From NCBI GenBank assembly GCA_963793365.1, contig CAWBZP010000003.1:275698-339697 (forward strand): a DNA stretch of 64,000 nucleotides, written 5' to 3'. Both the position numbers and the translations under genes were made by a program. The DNA comes from an uncultured Flavobacteriaceae bacterium. Its GTDB lineage: Bacteria > Bacteroidota > Bacteroidia > Flavobacteriales > Flavobacteriaceae. Shown one piece after another: positions 38,296 to 49,087 of the stretch (its first letter is position 1; each line of letters begins with the position of its first letter). Under the pieces are notes generated by a model. That model was given only the letters and a program-made list of their open reading frames with translations. It was not told where the DNA came from and ran no database searches.

Positions 38296-40752
38296 ATGAG
38301 CATGGAAGATTCTAAATTTTCAAATTTTGACAATATGTCCTTACAGGGAATCGATCAGGATTCCGAATTAATACCCTTGTTGACCCCTGAGGATGAAGAG
38401 CAAATGAATAGTGAGACCTTACCGGAAACCTTGCCTATTTTGCCCTTACGTAATACCGTACTATTTCCTGGCGTTGTGATACCTATTACGGCGGGTAGGG
38501 ATAAAAGCATCCGCTTGATTAAGGATGCCAACAATGGTTCTAAGGTTATTGGGGTCGTTTCGCAGAAAGACGAGGAAACCGAAAACCCGGATGTAAAGGA
38601 TATAAACACCTTGGGTACCGTTGCCAGAATACTGCGGGTATTGCAAATGCCAGACGGTAATACCACGGTAATCATTCAAGGTAAGAAGCGTTTTGAGATT
38701 GCCGAGGTATTGACCAAAAAACCGTACATCACCGCCACTGTTAGGGAGACAGAGGAAATTAGACCAGAGAAAAGCAATAAGGAGTTTCTTGCAATAATAG
38801 AATCCATTAAGGATTTAGCCTTAAAAATTATACGGGACAATCCAAATATACCGAGTGAGGCGTCCTTTGCCATAAAGAATATCCAGAGTGATTCGTTCCT
38901 AATCAATTTTGTGTCTTCCAACCTAAATTTGGATGTAAAGGCAAAGCAAGAACTACTTGAAATTGGAAGTTTACAGGAAAGGGCGTTGGCTACCTTGAAA
39001 TATATGAATGTAGAGCTACAGAAGTTGGAGCTTAAAAATGACATTCAGTCCAAAGTTAGAAGTGATTTGGATCAGCAGCAGCGAGAGTATTTCCTGCACC
39101 AGCAAATGAAAACCATCCAAGAAGAATTGGGAGGTGTTTCCTATGACGAGGAACTGGAGGAAATGCGTGCACGTTCCAAAAAGAAAAAATGGGGTAAAAA
39201 GGTAAAGGACCACTTTGCCAAGGAGCTTTCCAAAATGCAGCGCATGAATCCGCAGGTAGCGGAGTATTCCATTCAGCGCAATTATTTGGACCTGCTGTTA
39301 GATTTACCTTGGAAAGAGTATTCGAAGGATAAGTTCGATCTAAAGCGTGCCCAACGTATTTTGGATAGAGACCATTACGGACTGGAAGATGTGAAGCGCC
39401 GTATTATTGAATATTTGGCAGTTTTAAAACTACGTAATGACATGAAGTCTCCTATTCTATGTCTTTATGGACCTCCTGGGGTAGGAAAAACCTCTTTAGG
39501 AAAGTCCGTGGCAGAAGCCTTGGGCAGGGAGTACGTGAGAATGTCCTTGGGTGGATTGCGTGACGAAGCCGAGATAAGGGGGCATCGTAAAACCTATATC
39601 GGTGCCATGCCCGGTAGAATTATACAGAGCTTAAAGAAAGCCGGGACCTCAAACCCAGTGTTTATTTTGGATGAAATCGATAAATTATCGAACAGCCACC
39701 AGGGAGATCCGTCTTCGGCCATGCTGGAGGTTCTTGATCCTGAGCAGAATAGTGATTTTCATGACAACTTCTTGGAGATGGGTTATGACCTGTCTAAAGT
39801 AATGTTCGTGGCAACCGCCAATAATCTTGGCAATATACAACCTGCGCTCCGTGACCGTATGGAAATTATTCATGTAAGCGGGTACACCATTGAGGAAAAA
39901 GTAGAGATAGCCAAAAAACACTTGCTGCCCAAGCAATTAAAGGAACACGGACTGGATAATAGTCATTTAAAAATAGGAAAACCGCAATTAGAGAAAATCG
40001 TTGAGGGATACACGCGAGAGTCTGGTGTTCGTTCCTTGGAGAAGCAGATAGCCAAAATGGTGCGCTATGCCGCAAAATCTATTGCCACGGAAGAGGAGTA
40101 TGATATTAAGGTGAGCAATAAGGATGTTGTAAAGGTATTGGGTGCCCCTAAGATGGAGCGCGATAAATATGAAAACAATGAAGTTGCGGGTGTAGTTACG
40201 GGATTGGCCTGGACCAGCGTTGGGGGAGATATTCTTTTTATAGAATCTATCCTATCCAAGGGTAAGGGAACCATGAATATTACCGGTAATCTAGGAAAGG
40301 TGATGAAGGAGTCGGCTACCATCGCTATGGAATACATTAAATCCAATGCAGATCGTTTTGGAATAGACTCGGCAATTTTCGAAAATTACAATGTACACAT
40401 TCACGTTCCTGAGGGAGCTACTCCTAAGGATGGCCCAAGTGCAGGTATAACGATGTTGACTTCGTTGGTTTCCCTATTTACCCAGAAACGTATAAAGAAA
40501 AGCATTGCGATGACGGGGGAGATTACGTTGCGGGGAAAAGTCTTGCCTGTAGGCGGAATTAAAGAGAAAATTCTAGCGGCAAAACGTGCCCGTATAAAGG
40601 AAGTAATACTTTGTGCAGATAATGAACGGGATATCAAGGAAATAAAGGAATCGTACTTAAAGGGACTTACGTTTCATTACGTTAAGGAAATGTCTGAAGT
40701 AATCGATATTGCCTTGACCGATCAAGATGTAAAAAATCCAAAGGCACTCTAA
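38296..40752 (+). CDS. lon: ATP-dependent Lon protease (endopeptidase La)
   Basis: 818 aa with Walker [10 protein letters not shown] and the catalytic serine region [11 protein letters not shown]. Confidence 0.96.
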   Translation: MSMEDSKFSNFDNMSLQGIDQDSELIPLLTPEDEEQMNSETLPETLPILPLRNTVLFPGVVIPITAGRDKSIRLIKDANNGSKVIGVVSQKDEETENPDVKDINTLGTVARILRVLQMPDGNTTVIIQGKKRFEIAEVLTKKPYITATVRETEEIRPEKSNKEFLAIIESIKDLALKIIRDNPNIPSEASFAIKNIQSDSFLINFVSSNLNLDVKAKQELLEIGSLQERALATLKYMNVELQKLELKNDIQSKVRSDLDQQQREYFLHQQMKTIQEELGGVSYDEELEEMRARSKKKKWGKKVKDHFAKELSKMQRMNPQVAEYSIQRNYLDLLLDLPWKEYSKDKFDLKRAQRILDRDHYGLEDVKRRIIEYLAVLKLRNDMKSPILCLYGPPGVGKTSLGKSVAEALGREYVRMSLGGLRDEAEIRGHRKTYIGAMPGRIIQSLKKAGTSNPVFILDEIDKLSNSHQGDPSSAMLEVLDPEQNSDFHDNFLEMGYDLSKVMFVATANNLGNIQPALRDRMEIIHVSGYTIEEKVEIAKKHLLPKQLKEHGLDNSHLKIGKPQLEKIVEGYTRESGVRSLEKQIAKMVRYAAKSIATEEEYDIKVSNKDVVKVLGAPKMERDKYENNEVAGVVTGLAWTSVGGDILFIESILSKGKGTMNITGNLGKVMKESATIAMEYIKSNADRFGIDSAIFENYNVHIHVPEGATPKDGPSAGITMLTSLVSLFTQKRIKKSIAMTGEITLRGKVLPVGGIKEKILAAKRARIKEVILCADNERDIKEIKESYLKGLTFHYVKEMSEVIDIALTDQDVKNPKAL

Positions 40753-40781
40753 GCTCTATTTTTCTGTGTACTTTTAGGTAA

Positions 40782-41483
40782 ATGAAAGAAATTACGATAG
40801 CGGTAGACGGTCTGTCCTCCACAGGTAAAAGCACCTTGGCCAAGCAATTGGCCAGGCAGTTGCAGTATGTCTATGTGGACACGGGTGCGATGTACCGCAC
40901 GGTAACACTTTTTGCAATGCGCAATGGTTGGATTGATAATGGAGTTGTGGACGAAGAGGCTATTGGCAATGGATTGGACGACCTTGAAATGAAATTTAAG
41001 TTTAATCCTGATGCTGGCTTTGCCGAAATGTTTTTGAACGGCGAGAATGTAGAAAAGGAAATCAGAACCTTGGCGGTTTCCAAAAATGTGAGTCAGGTTG
41101 CGGAATTGGAGCAGGTACGTACCAAATTAGTGGCGATGCAGCGGCAGATGGGTGCGGACAAAGGGGTTGTGATGGATGGCAGGGATATTGGTACCGTTGT
41201 TTTCCCCGATGCTGAACTTAAAGTATTTATGACCGCATCACCCGAAAAAAGAGCCGTAAGAAGGTATAAGGAGTTGTTGGATAGGGGAGAGGACGTGAAC
41301 TATGCGGATATTTTGGAAAATGTCCAGAAAAGGGATTTTATAGATTCTAACCGTGCCATATCTCCTTTGGTCAAGGCAGCCGATGCCATTGAATTTGATA
41401 ACAGCGATATTGGTTTGGAGGACCAGTTCCATCGAATTTATGAACATGCCCTTCGTATAATAGAAAAGGCAAGTGCTAAATAA
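40782..41483 (+). CDS. cmk: (d)CMP kinase
   Basis: 233 aa with P-loop DGLSSTGKST and DGRDIGTVVFPDA. Confidence 0.93.
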   Translation: MKEITIAVDGLSSTGKSTLAKQLARQLQYVYVDTGAMYRTVTLFAMRNGWIDNGVVDEEAIGNGLDDLEMKFKFNPDAGFAEMFLNGENVEKEIRTLAVSKNVSQVAELEQVRTKLVAMQRQMGADKGVVMDGRDIGTVVFPDAELKVFMTASPEKRAVRRYKELLDRGEDVNYADILENVQKRDFIDSNRAISPLVKAADAIEFDNSDIGLEDQFHRIYEHALRIIEKASAK

Positions 41484-41484
41484 T

Positions 41485-41514
41485 AAAGAGGGTCGCCAAC
41501 TGCCGACCCTCTTT
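41485..41514. terminator. Bidirectional hairpin terminator between cmk and the LysM gene
   Basis: AAAGAGGGTCG-(8 nt loop)-CGACCCTCTTT, flanked by A and T runs, lies between convergent genes. Confidence 0.65.
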
Positions 41515-41570
41515 AGTTACTTCTAAAAATTTCCTAAAGGCAGAAGCGCCTATTAGATAACCTTTACGAA

Positions 41571-41951
41571 TTATTTTTTTGGTATGACCAAAACCTGATC
41601 TGGATGGATGACATCCGGATTTTTCAAAATATTCGTATTGGCATCAAAAATGGCCTTGTACTTCATGGCGTCCCCATAATAGTGCTTGGCTATTTTACTT
41701 AGCGATTCACCGCTTTTTACAATATGCCGGTGGTAAACAGAATCATCACCAACGGTAATGTTCGCTTTAATATCGGATGGACTTTCACCACCAATTGACT
41801 TTATTTTATCCCAAATTAAATCCTTTTCAAATGGAGTTTTTGCTTCCCCTTTAATTTTAAGGATATTCCCTTCAACACTTACGTTTCCGTCCTTTATCCC
41901 TAATTGCTCGCCTAGGTCCAAAACACCTTGGTACTTTGCTTTAACACTCAT
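41571..41951 (-). CDS. BON/LysM domain peptidoglycan-binding protein (YgaU/Kbp-like)
   Basis: 126 aa with a C-terminal LysM domain (HIVKSGESLSKIAKHYYGDAMKYKAIFDANTNILKNPDVIHPDQVLVIP). Confidence 0.8.
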   Translation of the reverse strand: MSVKAKYQGVLDLGEQLGIKDGNVSVEGNILKIKGEAKTPFEKDLIWDKIKSIGGESPSDIKANITVGDDSVYHRHIVKSGESLSKIAKHYYGDAMKYKAIFDANTNILKNPDVIHPDQVLVIPKK

Positions 41952-42061
41952 AATCGTACTTTTTTTAATGGTTATTTTAAGAATTCAAGATACTCATATT
42001 AAAGGTATCCCGCCTTAATAAAAGGTTATTATTTTTAAAGGGGAACTATAGCGGGCTTTGG

Positions 42062-42093
42062 TTTGTCTGTTTTAGAAAAAAGATGTATTTTTG
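42062..42093 (+). promoter_or_regulatory. Candidate Bacteroidota-type promoter of rpsA
   Basis: TTTG at 42062..42065 and TATTTTTG (TAnnTTTG -7 box) at 42086..42093 are separated by a 20-nt spacer, ~120 nt upstream of the rpsA ATG. Confidence 0.35.
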
Positions 42094-42211
42094 CACACCT
42101 TTTTTGCAAGGAATTCAAGAGAAAAAGGGTTGGAAACAAATAAGATAACTACTTTCATAGTCGTTGCCTAAGTCTTGATAAGGGTATGGAATACAAATTA
42201 ATAATCAGCAA

Positions 42212-44056
42212 ATGGCTGAAGAAAAAACAACAGTAGAAGTAGAAGAAACTACGGAAGCTACACAACAAGAAGCTGCTGAGACTCCGCAGCAAGATCCACA
42301 AGAATTTTTGGAAAACTTTAATTGGGACAAATACGAGCAAGGTATTGAGCGTGTTGACGATGCCAAATTAAAGGAATTTGAAGAATTGGTTGCTGAAAAT
42401 TTCGTTGACACTGCCGATGAGGAAGTGGTTGAAGGAACCGTAGTATATATTACGGATAGAGAAGCGATCATTGATATCAATGCAAAATCCGAGGGAGTTA
42501 TTTCCTTGAACGAATTTCGGTACAACCCAGGTTTAAAGGTTGGCGATAAAGTAGAGGTATTGATCGATATTCGTGAAGATAAAAGTGGTCAGTTAGTTTT
42601 ATCGCACAGAAAGGCAAGAACGATTATGGCTTGGGACCGTGTAAATGCGGCCCATGACAAGGAAGAAATCGTTAGTGGTTTTGTGAAGTGCAGAACTAAA
42701 GGGGGTATGATCGTTGACGTTTTTGGAATTGAGGCATTCTTGCCAGGTTCACAGATTGATGTGAAACCAATTCGTGATTACGATCAGTACGTAAACAAAA
42801 CAATGGAATTTAAGGTCGTGAAAATTAATCACGAGTTTAAAAACGTTGTAGTTTCCCATAAAGCGCTTATTGAAGCGGATATTGAAGAGCAGAAAAAAGA
42901 AATCATCAGTCAACTTGAAAAAGGACAAGTACTGGAAGGCGTTGTTAAAAACATTACTTCTTACGGTGTCTTTATCGATCTTGGGGGCGTTGATGGTCTG
43001 GTGCACATTACCGATCTTTCTTGGAGCAGGATTAACCACCCGAACGAGGTTGTTGATCTAGACCAGAAATTGAACGTTGTAATTCTTGATTTTGATGAAA
43101 ACAAATCTAGAATCCAATTAGGTCTTAAGCAATTGGAGAAGCATCCTTGGGAAGCTTTGAGCGATGAAATCAAGATTGGTGACAAAGTTAAAGGTAAAGT
43201 AGTTGTAATTGCTGATTACGGTGCATTTATTGAAGTAGTTGAAGGTGTTGAAGGATTGATTCACGTTTCTGAAATGTCTTGGTCAACGCATTTGCGTTCA
43301 GCCCAGGACTTTGTAAATGTTGGGGATGAAGTTGATGCTGTTGTATTGACATTGGATCGTGAAGACCGTAAGATGTCATTAGGTATCAAGCAATTGACTC
43401 CGGATCCTTGGACCGATATCACTACGAAATACCCTGTTGGCTCTAAGCACAAGGGTATTGTACGTAACTTCACAAACTTTGGGGTATTCGTAGAATTGGA
43501 AGAAGGGATTGACGGGCTTATCTATATTTCCGATCTTTCTTGGACCAAGAAAATCAAGCATCCATCAGAATTCACCAACGTTGGTGATACCTTGGAAGTT
43601 GAAGTATTGGAACTGGATGTTGATGGACGCAAGTTAAGCTTGGGCCACAAACAAACTACCGAGAATCCTTGGGATAAGTACGAAACCGAATTCGCAGTTG
43701 GTACGGTACATAAAGCTGCCATATCCGATATCGTTGATAAAGGTGCTACCATTGATTTCAATGAGGATATCACTGCATTTGTTCCACAACGTCATCTTGA
43801 AAAAGAGGATGGTAAGAAATTGGGCAAAGGCGAAGAGGCGGAATTCCAGATTATCGAGTTCAACAAGGACTTTAAGCGTGTAGTGGCAAGCCATACCGCT
43901 ATCTTCCGTGAAGAAGAGCAGCGTAATGTAAAAGCGGCCGTTAAAAGGCAAGCTGCCAGTGCAGATGAAGCGAAACCTACATTAGGTGATGCTAACGATG
44001 CATTACAAGCGTTGAAGGATAAAATGGAAGCTGCAGATTCTAAAAAGAAGAAGTAA
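42212..44056 (+). CDS. rpsA: 30S ribosomal protein S1
   Basis: 614 aa with an acidic N-terminus followed by six S1 OB-fold repeats (e.g. GVVKNITSYGVFIDLGGVDGLVHITDLSW). Confidence 0.96.
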   Translation: MAEEKTTVEVEETTEATQQEAAETPQQDPQEFLENFNWDKYEQGIERVDDAKLKEFEELVAENFVDTADEEVVEGTVVYITDREAIIDINAKSEGVISLNEFRYNPGLKVGDKVEVLIDIREDKSGQLVLSHRKARTIMAWDRVNAAHDKEEIVSGFVKCRTKGGMIVDVFGIEAFLPGSQIDVKPIRDYDQYVNKTMEFKVVKINHEFKNVVVSHKALIEADIEEQKKEIISQLEKGQVLEGVVKNITSYGVFIDLGGVDGLVHITDLSWSRINHPNEVVDLDQKLNVVILDFDENKSRIQLGLKQLEKHPWEALSDEIKIGDKVKGKVVVIADYGAFIEVVEGVEGLIHVSEMSWSTHLRSAQDFVNVGDEVDAVVLTLDREDRKMSLGIKQLTPDPWTDITTKYPVGSKHKGIVRNFTNFGVFVELEEGIDGLIYISDLSWTKKIKHPSEFTNVGDTLEVEVLELDVDGRKLSLGHKQTTENPWDKYETEFAVGTVHKAAISDIVDKGATIDFNEDITAFVPQRHLEKEDGKKLGKGEEAEFQIIEFNKDFKRVVASHTAIFREEEQRNVKAAVKRQAASADEAKPTLGDANDALQALKDKMEAADSKKKK

Positions 44057-44080
44057 GTAGTATATTTCATAAACTAATGA

Positions 44081-44112
44081 AGCCCTGTCCATATTGGACG
44101 GGGCTTTTTTTA
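44081..44112 (+). terminator. Rho-independent terminator of rpsA
   Basis: AGCCCTGTCC-ATATT-GGACGGGGCT followed by TTTTTTT. Confidence 0.8.
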
Positions 44113-44455
44113 TAATCTGGTTCCTGGTTTTTGAAACTTCTCGGATTAATCATTAAAAATTTGATTTTATCAAAGGTATTTAGAGAAGCTACTAAGAGAA
44201 ATCACGAATGGAACTTTTAAGGGAAGAATTTTTACCTTTTCAATACGTCCTATTAAACGGCTTTTTAAAAGGACAGGTGTTTTGGAAACTAAATTTAATA
44301 TAAGAGCTTCTTAGGGCTATCCTTTAACATTTGAATACTTTTTTGTCCATGTTTACAAAAGGCGTTCGCGACCGGACAATTTTTGAAACCTACTCATGTG
44401 TTGAGTAATGCTAACAGATTGAAATATTAGGAACTATGGGTTGGCTCCTTAGAAA

Positions 44456-45397
44456 CTAGCGATTAAAATAATGACTCGATTTAAGAAATAGCTCAGCATC
44501 CTCCATCTTTAAAATATCTATAAGGGCTGCGGTCTTGTTGGGCGCTTCTTCGTAATATTGCTTACAAATTTTATATCCGATTGCATAGCCCAAGAGTTTG
44601 GTGTATGTCTCGTGCTCCAGTGAGGGCCAAAACCAGAAATCCTTGTTTTGGGCCTTCGAGTCGTTCAAAAATTGTTTTTTTAATCGACTTTCATTCTTCT
44701 CTAGATATTCTAGGGCTCCAATTTGGGTAATGTTGCCCAGAACCTGTGCCGTAACAAATTCCGCTCCTCCTTCCCTAAGAGACATACCGAGCATATTATC
44801 GGGAGAAGCGTATAGCGCTGCATATTTCTGACCACCCATGGATATGGCCTGTTGGAAATGAGCTAGTTCATGAACCATCATTTTTTTCATTTTATCCATG
44901 TTGTCAACAATACGGGTTACCGTAATTAATTGTCCCACCATGGATGCTTGTCCGATACCACGGTTTGCGCCTACGATGAGGTAAGTGGGAGGATACATTG
45001 CGTTAGGAACAACTTTGTGGAAATCATCAAGTACAAAGGTATAGAGTTCTTGTACCTCCCCAATTTTAGTGACAAAATCGGGAAGAAGTGCATAACGCTC
45101 CGGATTTTCTCTTATTGCTTCCTTTAATCGTTCCGGGGTTAATTGATGGCGACGAACAAATTCCTTTAGACCATCTGATCCGCGTTCGAAATAGAACGTT
45201 TGTAGTACTCGTATGGTGTCGGTATTTTTAGAAAGTTCTTTATAAGCGTCCATAAAATGATTAAGATCACTGAAGATAATCTGAGCCTTTTTTGGATTTC
45301 GGGGATAAGCTGGTTGCGCATACGCTTGATTGAATAGCAATAAGTTTAAAACGCCTAGAATTATTAATACTTTTCTGAATGAAAATGATGCAGTCAT
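44456..45397 (-). CDS. Secreted putative zinc-dependent protease (DUF2268-like)
   Basis: 313 aa with a signal peptide and HExxH (MVHELAHFQQ). The family assignment is tentative. Confidence 0.55.
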   Translation of the reverse strand: MTASFSFRKVLIILGVLNLLLFNQAYAQPAYPRNPKKAQIIFSDLNHFMDAYKELSKNTDTIRVLQTFYFERGSDGLKEFVRRHQLTPERLKEAIRENPERYALLPDFVTKIGEVQELYTFVLDDFHKVVPNAMYPPTYLIVGANRGIGQASMVGQLITVTRIVDNMDKMKKMMVHELAHFQQAISMGGQKYAALYASPDNMLGMSLREGGAEFVTAQVLGNITQIGALEYLEKNESRLKKQFLNDSKAQNKDFWFWPSLEHETYTKLLGYAIGYKICKQYYEEAPNKTAALIDILKMEDAELFLKSSHYFNR

Positions 45398-45752
45398 GGT
45401 AGAACTGATATAGGTTATATAAAAAAGGACTACCCGACTTCGGTTTTGTTACAGTCTATTTCGTAATTTTAAATAGCTTTTTGTTTTTTTAGAATTGCAT
45501 TATTTAGTTCATAAATAAGAACTTCATTTTTTTTTTGCTGTAGAGGGTAAAAGGAATATTGTTTAACAGTTTCAGAAAATTAACAATTTATTGGACTTTT
45601 TTTTTCTTGTCTACATGTTATATGTTGGCTGTTTTTCGATCAACTAGTTCAAGCAATTGAAATAAGTTGTACAAATCATATCTATTATTCACTAAATTTA
45701 TTGAGTAAAGGGCAGCTGTTCCTAATGGCTATGTGGATAGTGATTTTTAATT

Positions 45753-46976
45753 ATGAACGAAAAACTTACTCTTCTGGAATTAGAAACTCAAATTGTTGAA
45801 CTCAAAAAACAAATTGAAGTTTTGAAATTGGATTCTCCATTTCATAACGAGGAAGAACAAAAGACAGAATTGTTTAATGAAAAAGAAAGTTGGAAAGACA
45901 TCAATGCTATCATTAACAATATGGGCGACTCAATATTCGTAAAGGATAATCAAAGCAAGCTATTGCTCATTAATGATGCTTTTTGTAAAATCTTTGAACT
46001 TTCAAGGGCTGAAATAATCGGCAAAACGCTTGCTGAAGATGTACCTCTTGATGAGCGAGAAAGTTTTTTAAAAATTGATAAGCAGGTACTTGCGAACGGA
46101 TTGGAAAATATAAATGAGGAGTCGCTTACGGTAAGAGGAAATGAAACCATATTTATTTCTACCCGAAAGACGCGGTTTATAAATTCTAAAGGGGAAAAGT
46201 TTCTAGTGGGGGTGATTCGTGATATTACCGACCGCAAAAAAACAGAACAAGCATTAATAGAAAGCGAAGCACAACTTAGAGAACTCAATGCCACTAAAGA
46301 CATACTATTTTCAATAATCGGTCATGATTTAAGAGGGCCGTTTGGTAATATTTTGGTGTTGTCTGAGCTCTTAATTGAAGCCTTAAAAGATGTAGATTTG
46401 GTCGAATCAGAACAGTATTTAGGAATGATAAATACAACTGCCAAAAACTCGCTTAGTTTACTTGATAATTTATTAAAATGGGCGAAATGTCAAACTGGGC
46501 AATTTAATTTTAAATCAGAAAAAATAAATATAGCGTCGAGTATCCAAGAAGTTTTAGAACTTTCAAATGCACATGCGAAAACTAAAAACATATCATTGAG
46601 TCTGATTAAATCAGATAAAATTGAATTAAAGTCCGATGAAGAAATTTTTAAAACGATTTTAAGAAACCTTATTTCAAATGCAATCAAATTCACTAATCCA
46701 GGGGGTGCTATAGATCTATTCGTAACTTCAAAACAACATGAAGTTGAAGTTACGATATCTGATAATGGCATCGGGATAAATAAAGAAACGTGTAAAAAGT
46801 TATTCAGCATATCTTCAAATATATCCTCTCTAGGAACGGCAAACGAAGTAGGTTCTGGCTTTGGATTATTCCTATGTAAAGAATTTGTTGAGAAACTCGG
46901 CGGAAGGATATGGGTTGAAAGCGAGGAGGGAAAAGGGAGCGATTTCAAGTTTACTTTACCGTTAAAAAAATCGTAA
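45753..46976 (+). CDS. PAS-domain sensor histidine kinase (cytoplasmic, orphan)
   Basis: 407 aa with an N-terminal coiled coil, a PAS domain, H-box GHDLRGP, N-box LISNAIKFT and G-box GSGFGLFLCK. There is no adjacent response regulator. Confidence 0.88.
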   Translation: MNEKLTLLELETQIVELKKQIEVLKLDSPFHNEEEQKTELFNEKESWKDINAIINNMGDSIFVKDNQSKLLLINDAFCKIFELSRAEIIGKTLAEDVPLDERESFLKIDKQVLANGLENINEESLTVRGNETIFISTRKTRFINSKGEKFLVGVIRDITDRKKTEQALIESEAQLRELNATKDILFSIIGHDLRGPFGNILVLSELLIEALKDVDLVESEQYLGMINTTAKNSLSLLDNLLKWAKCQTGQFNFKSEKINIASSIQEVLELSNAHAKTKNISLSLIKSDKIELKSDEEIFKTILRNLISNAIKFTNPGGAIDLFVTSKQHEVEVTISDNGIGINKETCKKLFSISSNISSLGTANEVGSGFGLFLCKEFVEKLGGRIWVESEEGKGSDFKFTLPLKKS

Positions 46977-47129
46977 CTAAAAAATCCTAACAATTGCTTA
47001 GAAAAAGTACAGACTAAAATCTCGAAATTAATCTTACCCGTAACCTTTTTCTAGTTTTTTAAGCCCAACTTTTCAGGAAGCTGATTTTTGAATTTTTCGA
47101 CCTATTTTAAAAGTATCTTCCTAATTGAC

Positions 47130-47194
47130 CCAGTCAAAATCTATCAAAGATTATTTAGTAGAATTCCCTATTTTTGTCCAGTCAAAAAGTCTGG
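47130..47194 (+). promoter_or_regulatory. pyrR-pyrB leader with duplicated CCAGTCAAAA box and a TAnnTTTG box
   Basis: CCAGTCAAAA occurs at 47130..47139 and 47178..47187, and TATTTTTG at 47169..47176. The second box sits in a weak hairpin CCAGTC-AAAAA-GTCTGG and contains GUCCAG, which resembles the start of the Bacillus PyrR-binding loop motif. Confidence 0.25.
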
Positions 47195-47204
47195 GTGGTC
47201 TATT

Positions 47205-47744
47205 ATGAGTCAAAAAGTCTTACTCTCTTCCAAAGAAATCAATATCATCCTCCATCGTTTGGCTTGTCAACTCCTTGAAAATCATCTTACTTTTGAAAAT
47301 ACGGTACTCATTGGAATACAACCTAGGGGTAAGTTCGTGGCACAGCGATTGAACAAAATTTTAAAGGAGGAATACAAGGTAAAGCACATTGATCTCGGTT
47401 TTCTTGACATCACTTTCTATAGGGATGATTTTAGGCGTGGGGACAAAACATTGGAAGCTACAAAAACCAATATAAATTTCTTGGTCGAGGATAAAAATGT
47501 GGTGCTTATTGACGATGTCCTGTATACGGGGAGAAGTATTAATGCTGCCTTAACGGCCTTACAGTCTTTTGGCAGGCCAAAGGATGTGGAACTACTATGT
47601 TTGATAGACCGAAGGTTTAGTAGACACTTACCTATACAGCCCAACTATAGGGGTAGACAGGTAGATGCAATCAATGAGGAGAAAGTCAAGGTAATGTGGG
47701 AGGAGAATGATGGAGAGGATATCATCTATTTAGTAAACAGGTAA
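47205..47744 (+). CDS. pyrR: Bifunctional pyr operon regulator / uracil phosphoribosyltransferase PyrR
   Basis: Start chosen at the ATG (MSQKVLLSSKEINIILHRLA); the track ORF begins at an upstream TTG. The PRPP motif is VVLIDDVLYTGRS. Confidence 0.9.
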   Translation: MSQKVLLSSKEINIILHRLACQLLENHLTFENTVLIGIQPRGKFVAQRLNKILKEEYKVKHIDLGFLDITFYRDDFRRGDKTLEATKTNINFLVEDKNVVLIDDVLYTGRSINAALTALQSFGRPKDVELLCLIDRRFSRHLPIQPNYRGRQVDAINEEKVKVMWEENDGEDIIYLVNR

Positions 47745-47753
47745 AAGAACAAA

Positions 47754-48680
47754 ATGAGCGAACTGAGTGTAAAACACTTACTGGGAATTAAGTATCTTAA
47801 GGAAACCGATATTCAGCTTATTTTTGAAACCGCAGATCATTTTAAGGAAGTCATCAACCGATCTATTAAAAAGGTTCCTTCGTTACGTGATATCACCATT
47901 GCCAACATTTTTTTCGAGAACAGTACACGTACCAAGTTATCCTTTGAGCTCGCAGAAAAACGATTGTCCGCAGATGTGCTCAATTTCTCCGCAAGTCAGT
48001 CTTCCGTAAACAAAGGGGAGACACTCATCGATACCGTCAATAATATACTTTCCATGAAGGTAGATATGGTGGTCATGCGACACCCCAATCCCGGAGCGGG
48101 TATATTTTTATCCAAACATGTAAAGGCATCGATTGTCAATGCTGGTGATGGTGCTCACGAGCACCCCACCCAAGCCTTATTGGATTCGTACTCCATTCGT
48201 GAAAAGTTGGGAGATGTTGCCGGTAAGAATGTTGTTATCGTTGGGGATATATTACACTCTAGAGTGGCACTCTCCAATATTTTTGCCCTTAAACTACAAG
48301 GAGCAAATATTAAGGTTTGTGGGCCTAAAACCTTATTGCCCAAATATATAGATTCCTTAGGGGTGGGTGTGGAAATGGATTTGCGCAAGGCTTTGGAATG
48401 GTGCGATGTGGCCAATATGCTACGGATACAGAACGAGCGCTTAGACATAAGCTACTTTCCTACGACACGGGAATACACCCAACAATTTGGTGTTAATAAA
48501 AAGTTGTTGGACAGTTTGGATAAGGAAATAGTAATCATGCACCCCGGACCCATAAATAGAGGGGTAGAGATTACTAGCGATGTAGCGGATTCCAAACAGT
48601 CCATTATATTGAACCAAGTTGAGAACGGTGTGGCCATACGCATGGCCGTAATTTATTTATTGGCTTCTAAAATTAAATAA
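47754..48680 (+). CDS. pyrB: Aspartate carbamoyltransferase catalytic subunit
   Basis: 308 aa with motifs STRTKLSFE, HPTQALLD and HPGPINRG. Confidence 0.95.
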   Translation: MSELSVKHLLGIKYLKETDIQLIFETADHFKEVINRSIKKVPSLRDITIANIFFENSTRTKLSFELAEKRLSADVLNFSASQSSVNKGETLIDTVNNILSMKVDMVVMRHPNPGAGIFLSKHVKASIVNAGDGAHEHPTQALLDSYSIREKLGDVAGKNVVIVGDILHSRVALSNIFALKLQGANIKVCGPKTLLPKYIDSLGVGVEMDLRKALEWCDVANMLRIQNERLDISYFPTTREYTQQFGVNKKLLDSLDKEIVIMHPGPINRGVEITSDVADSKQSIILNQVENGVAIRMAVIYLLASKIK

Positions 48681-48681
48681 T

Positions 48682-49014
48682 ATGGTTTTTGACAAAGACG
48701 AAATGTTGACGATCATCTCTCAGGAAAACCCATCCATAGATCGGTTTTTAGAGCATTTGGAAAGGGAATACCCGAAATTGAAAAATGATAATTTGGTATT
48801 AGATCTTTTGGGTTTTACAAAGTTGACGCCCTATAATGTATTGGCTTTTCTTGAAATTTCAAGGAAGCACCGTAAAAATGGGAAATCATTTGTAATCGTA
48901 TCCCAAGAAATATCCTTCGAGGATGTACCGGAAGAGATAAATCTTGTGCCAACACTTCAAGAGGCGAAGGATATTGTGGAAATGGAAGAAATTGAACGGG
49001 ATTTGGGTCTATAG
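48682..49014 (+). CDS. Small acidic hypothetical protein between pyrB and rnz
   Basis: 110 aa. The ATG lies 1 nt after the pyrB stop and no motifs are recognised. Coding is supported only by the tight coupling and ORF integrity. Confidence 0.55.
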   Translation: MVFDKDEMLTIISQENPSIDRFLEHLEREYPKLKNDNLVLDLLGFTKLTPYNVLAFLEISRKHRKNGKSFVIVSQEISFEDVPEEINLVPTLQEAKDIVEMEEIERDLGL

Positions 49015-49087
49015 GCAGTACGAACGAAATGAAACAAACTTTAGGTCTAGTGAATTTAGTTTGCAAGCGCATTAATACCGCTAAGGT

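Noticed and set aside
44208-44306. Small 32-aa ORF (MELLREEFLPFQYVLLNGFLKGQVFWKLNLI) in the 340-bp spacer after the rpsA terminator.
   Set aside because: It has no promoter-like box, no conservation evidence is available, and the composition is typical of non-coding spacer.
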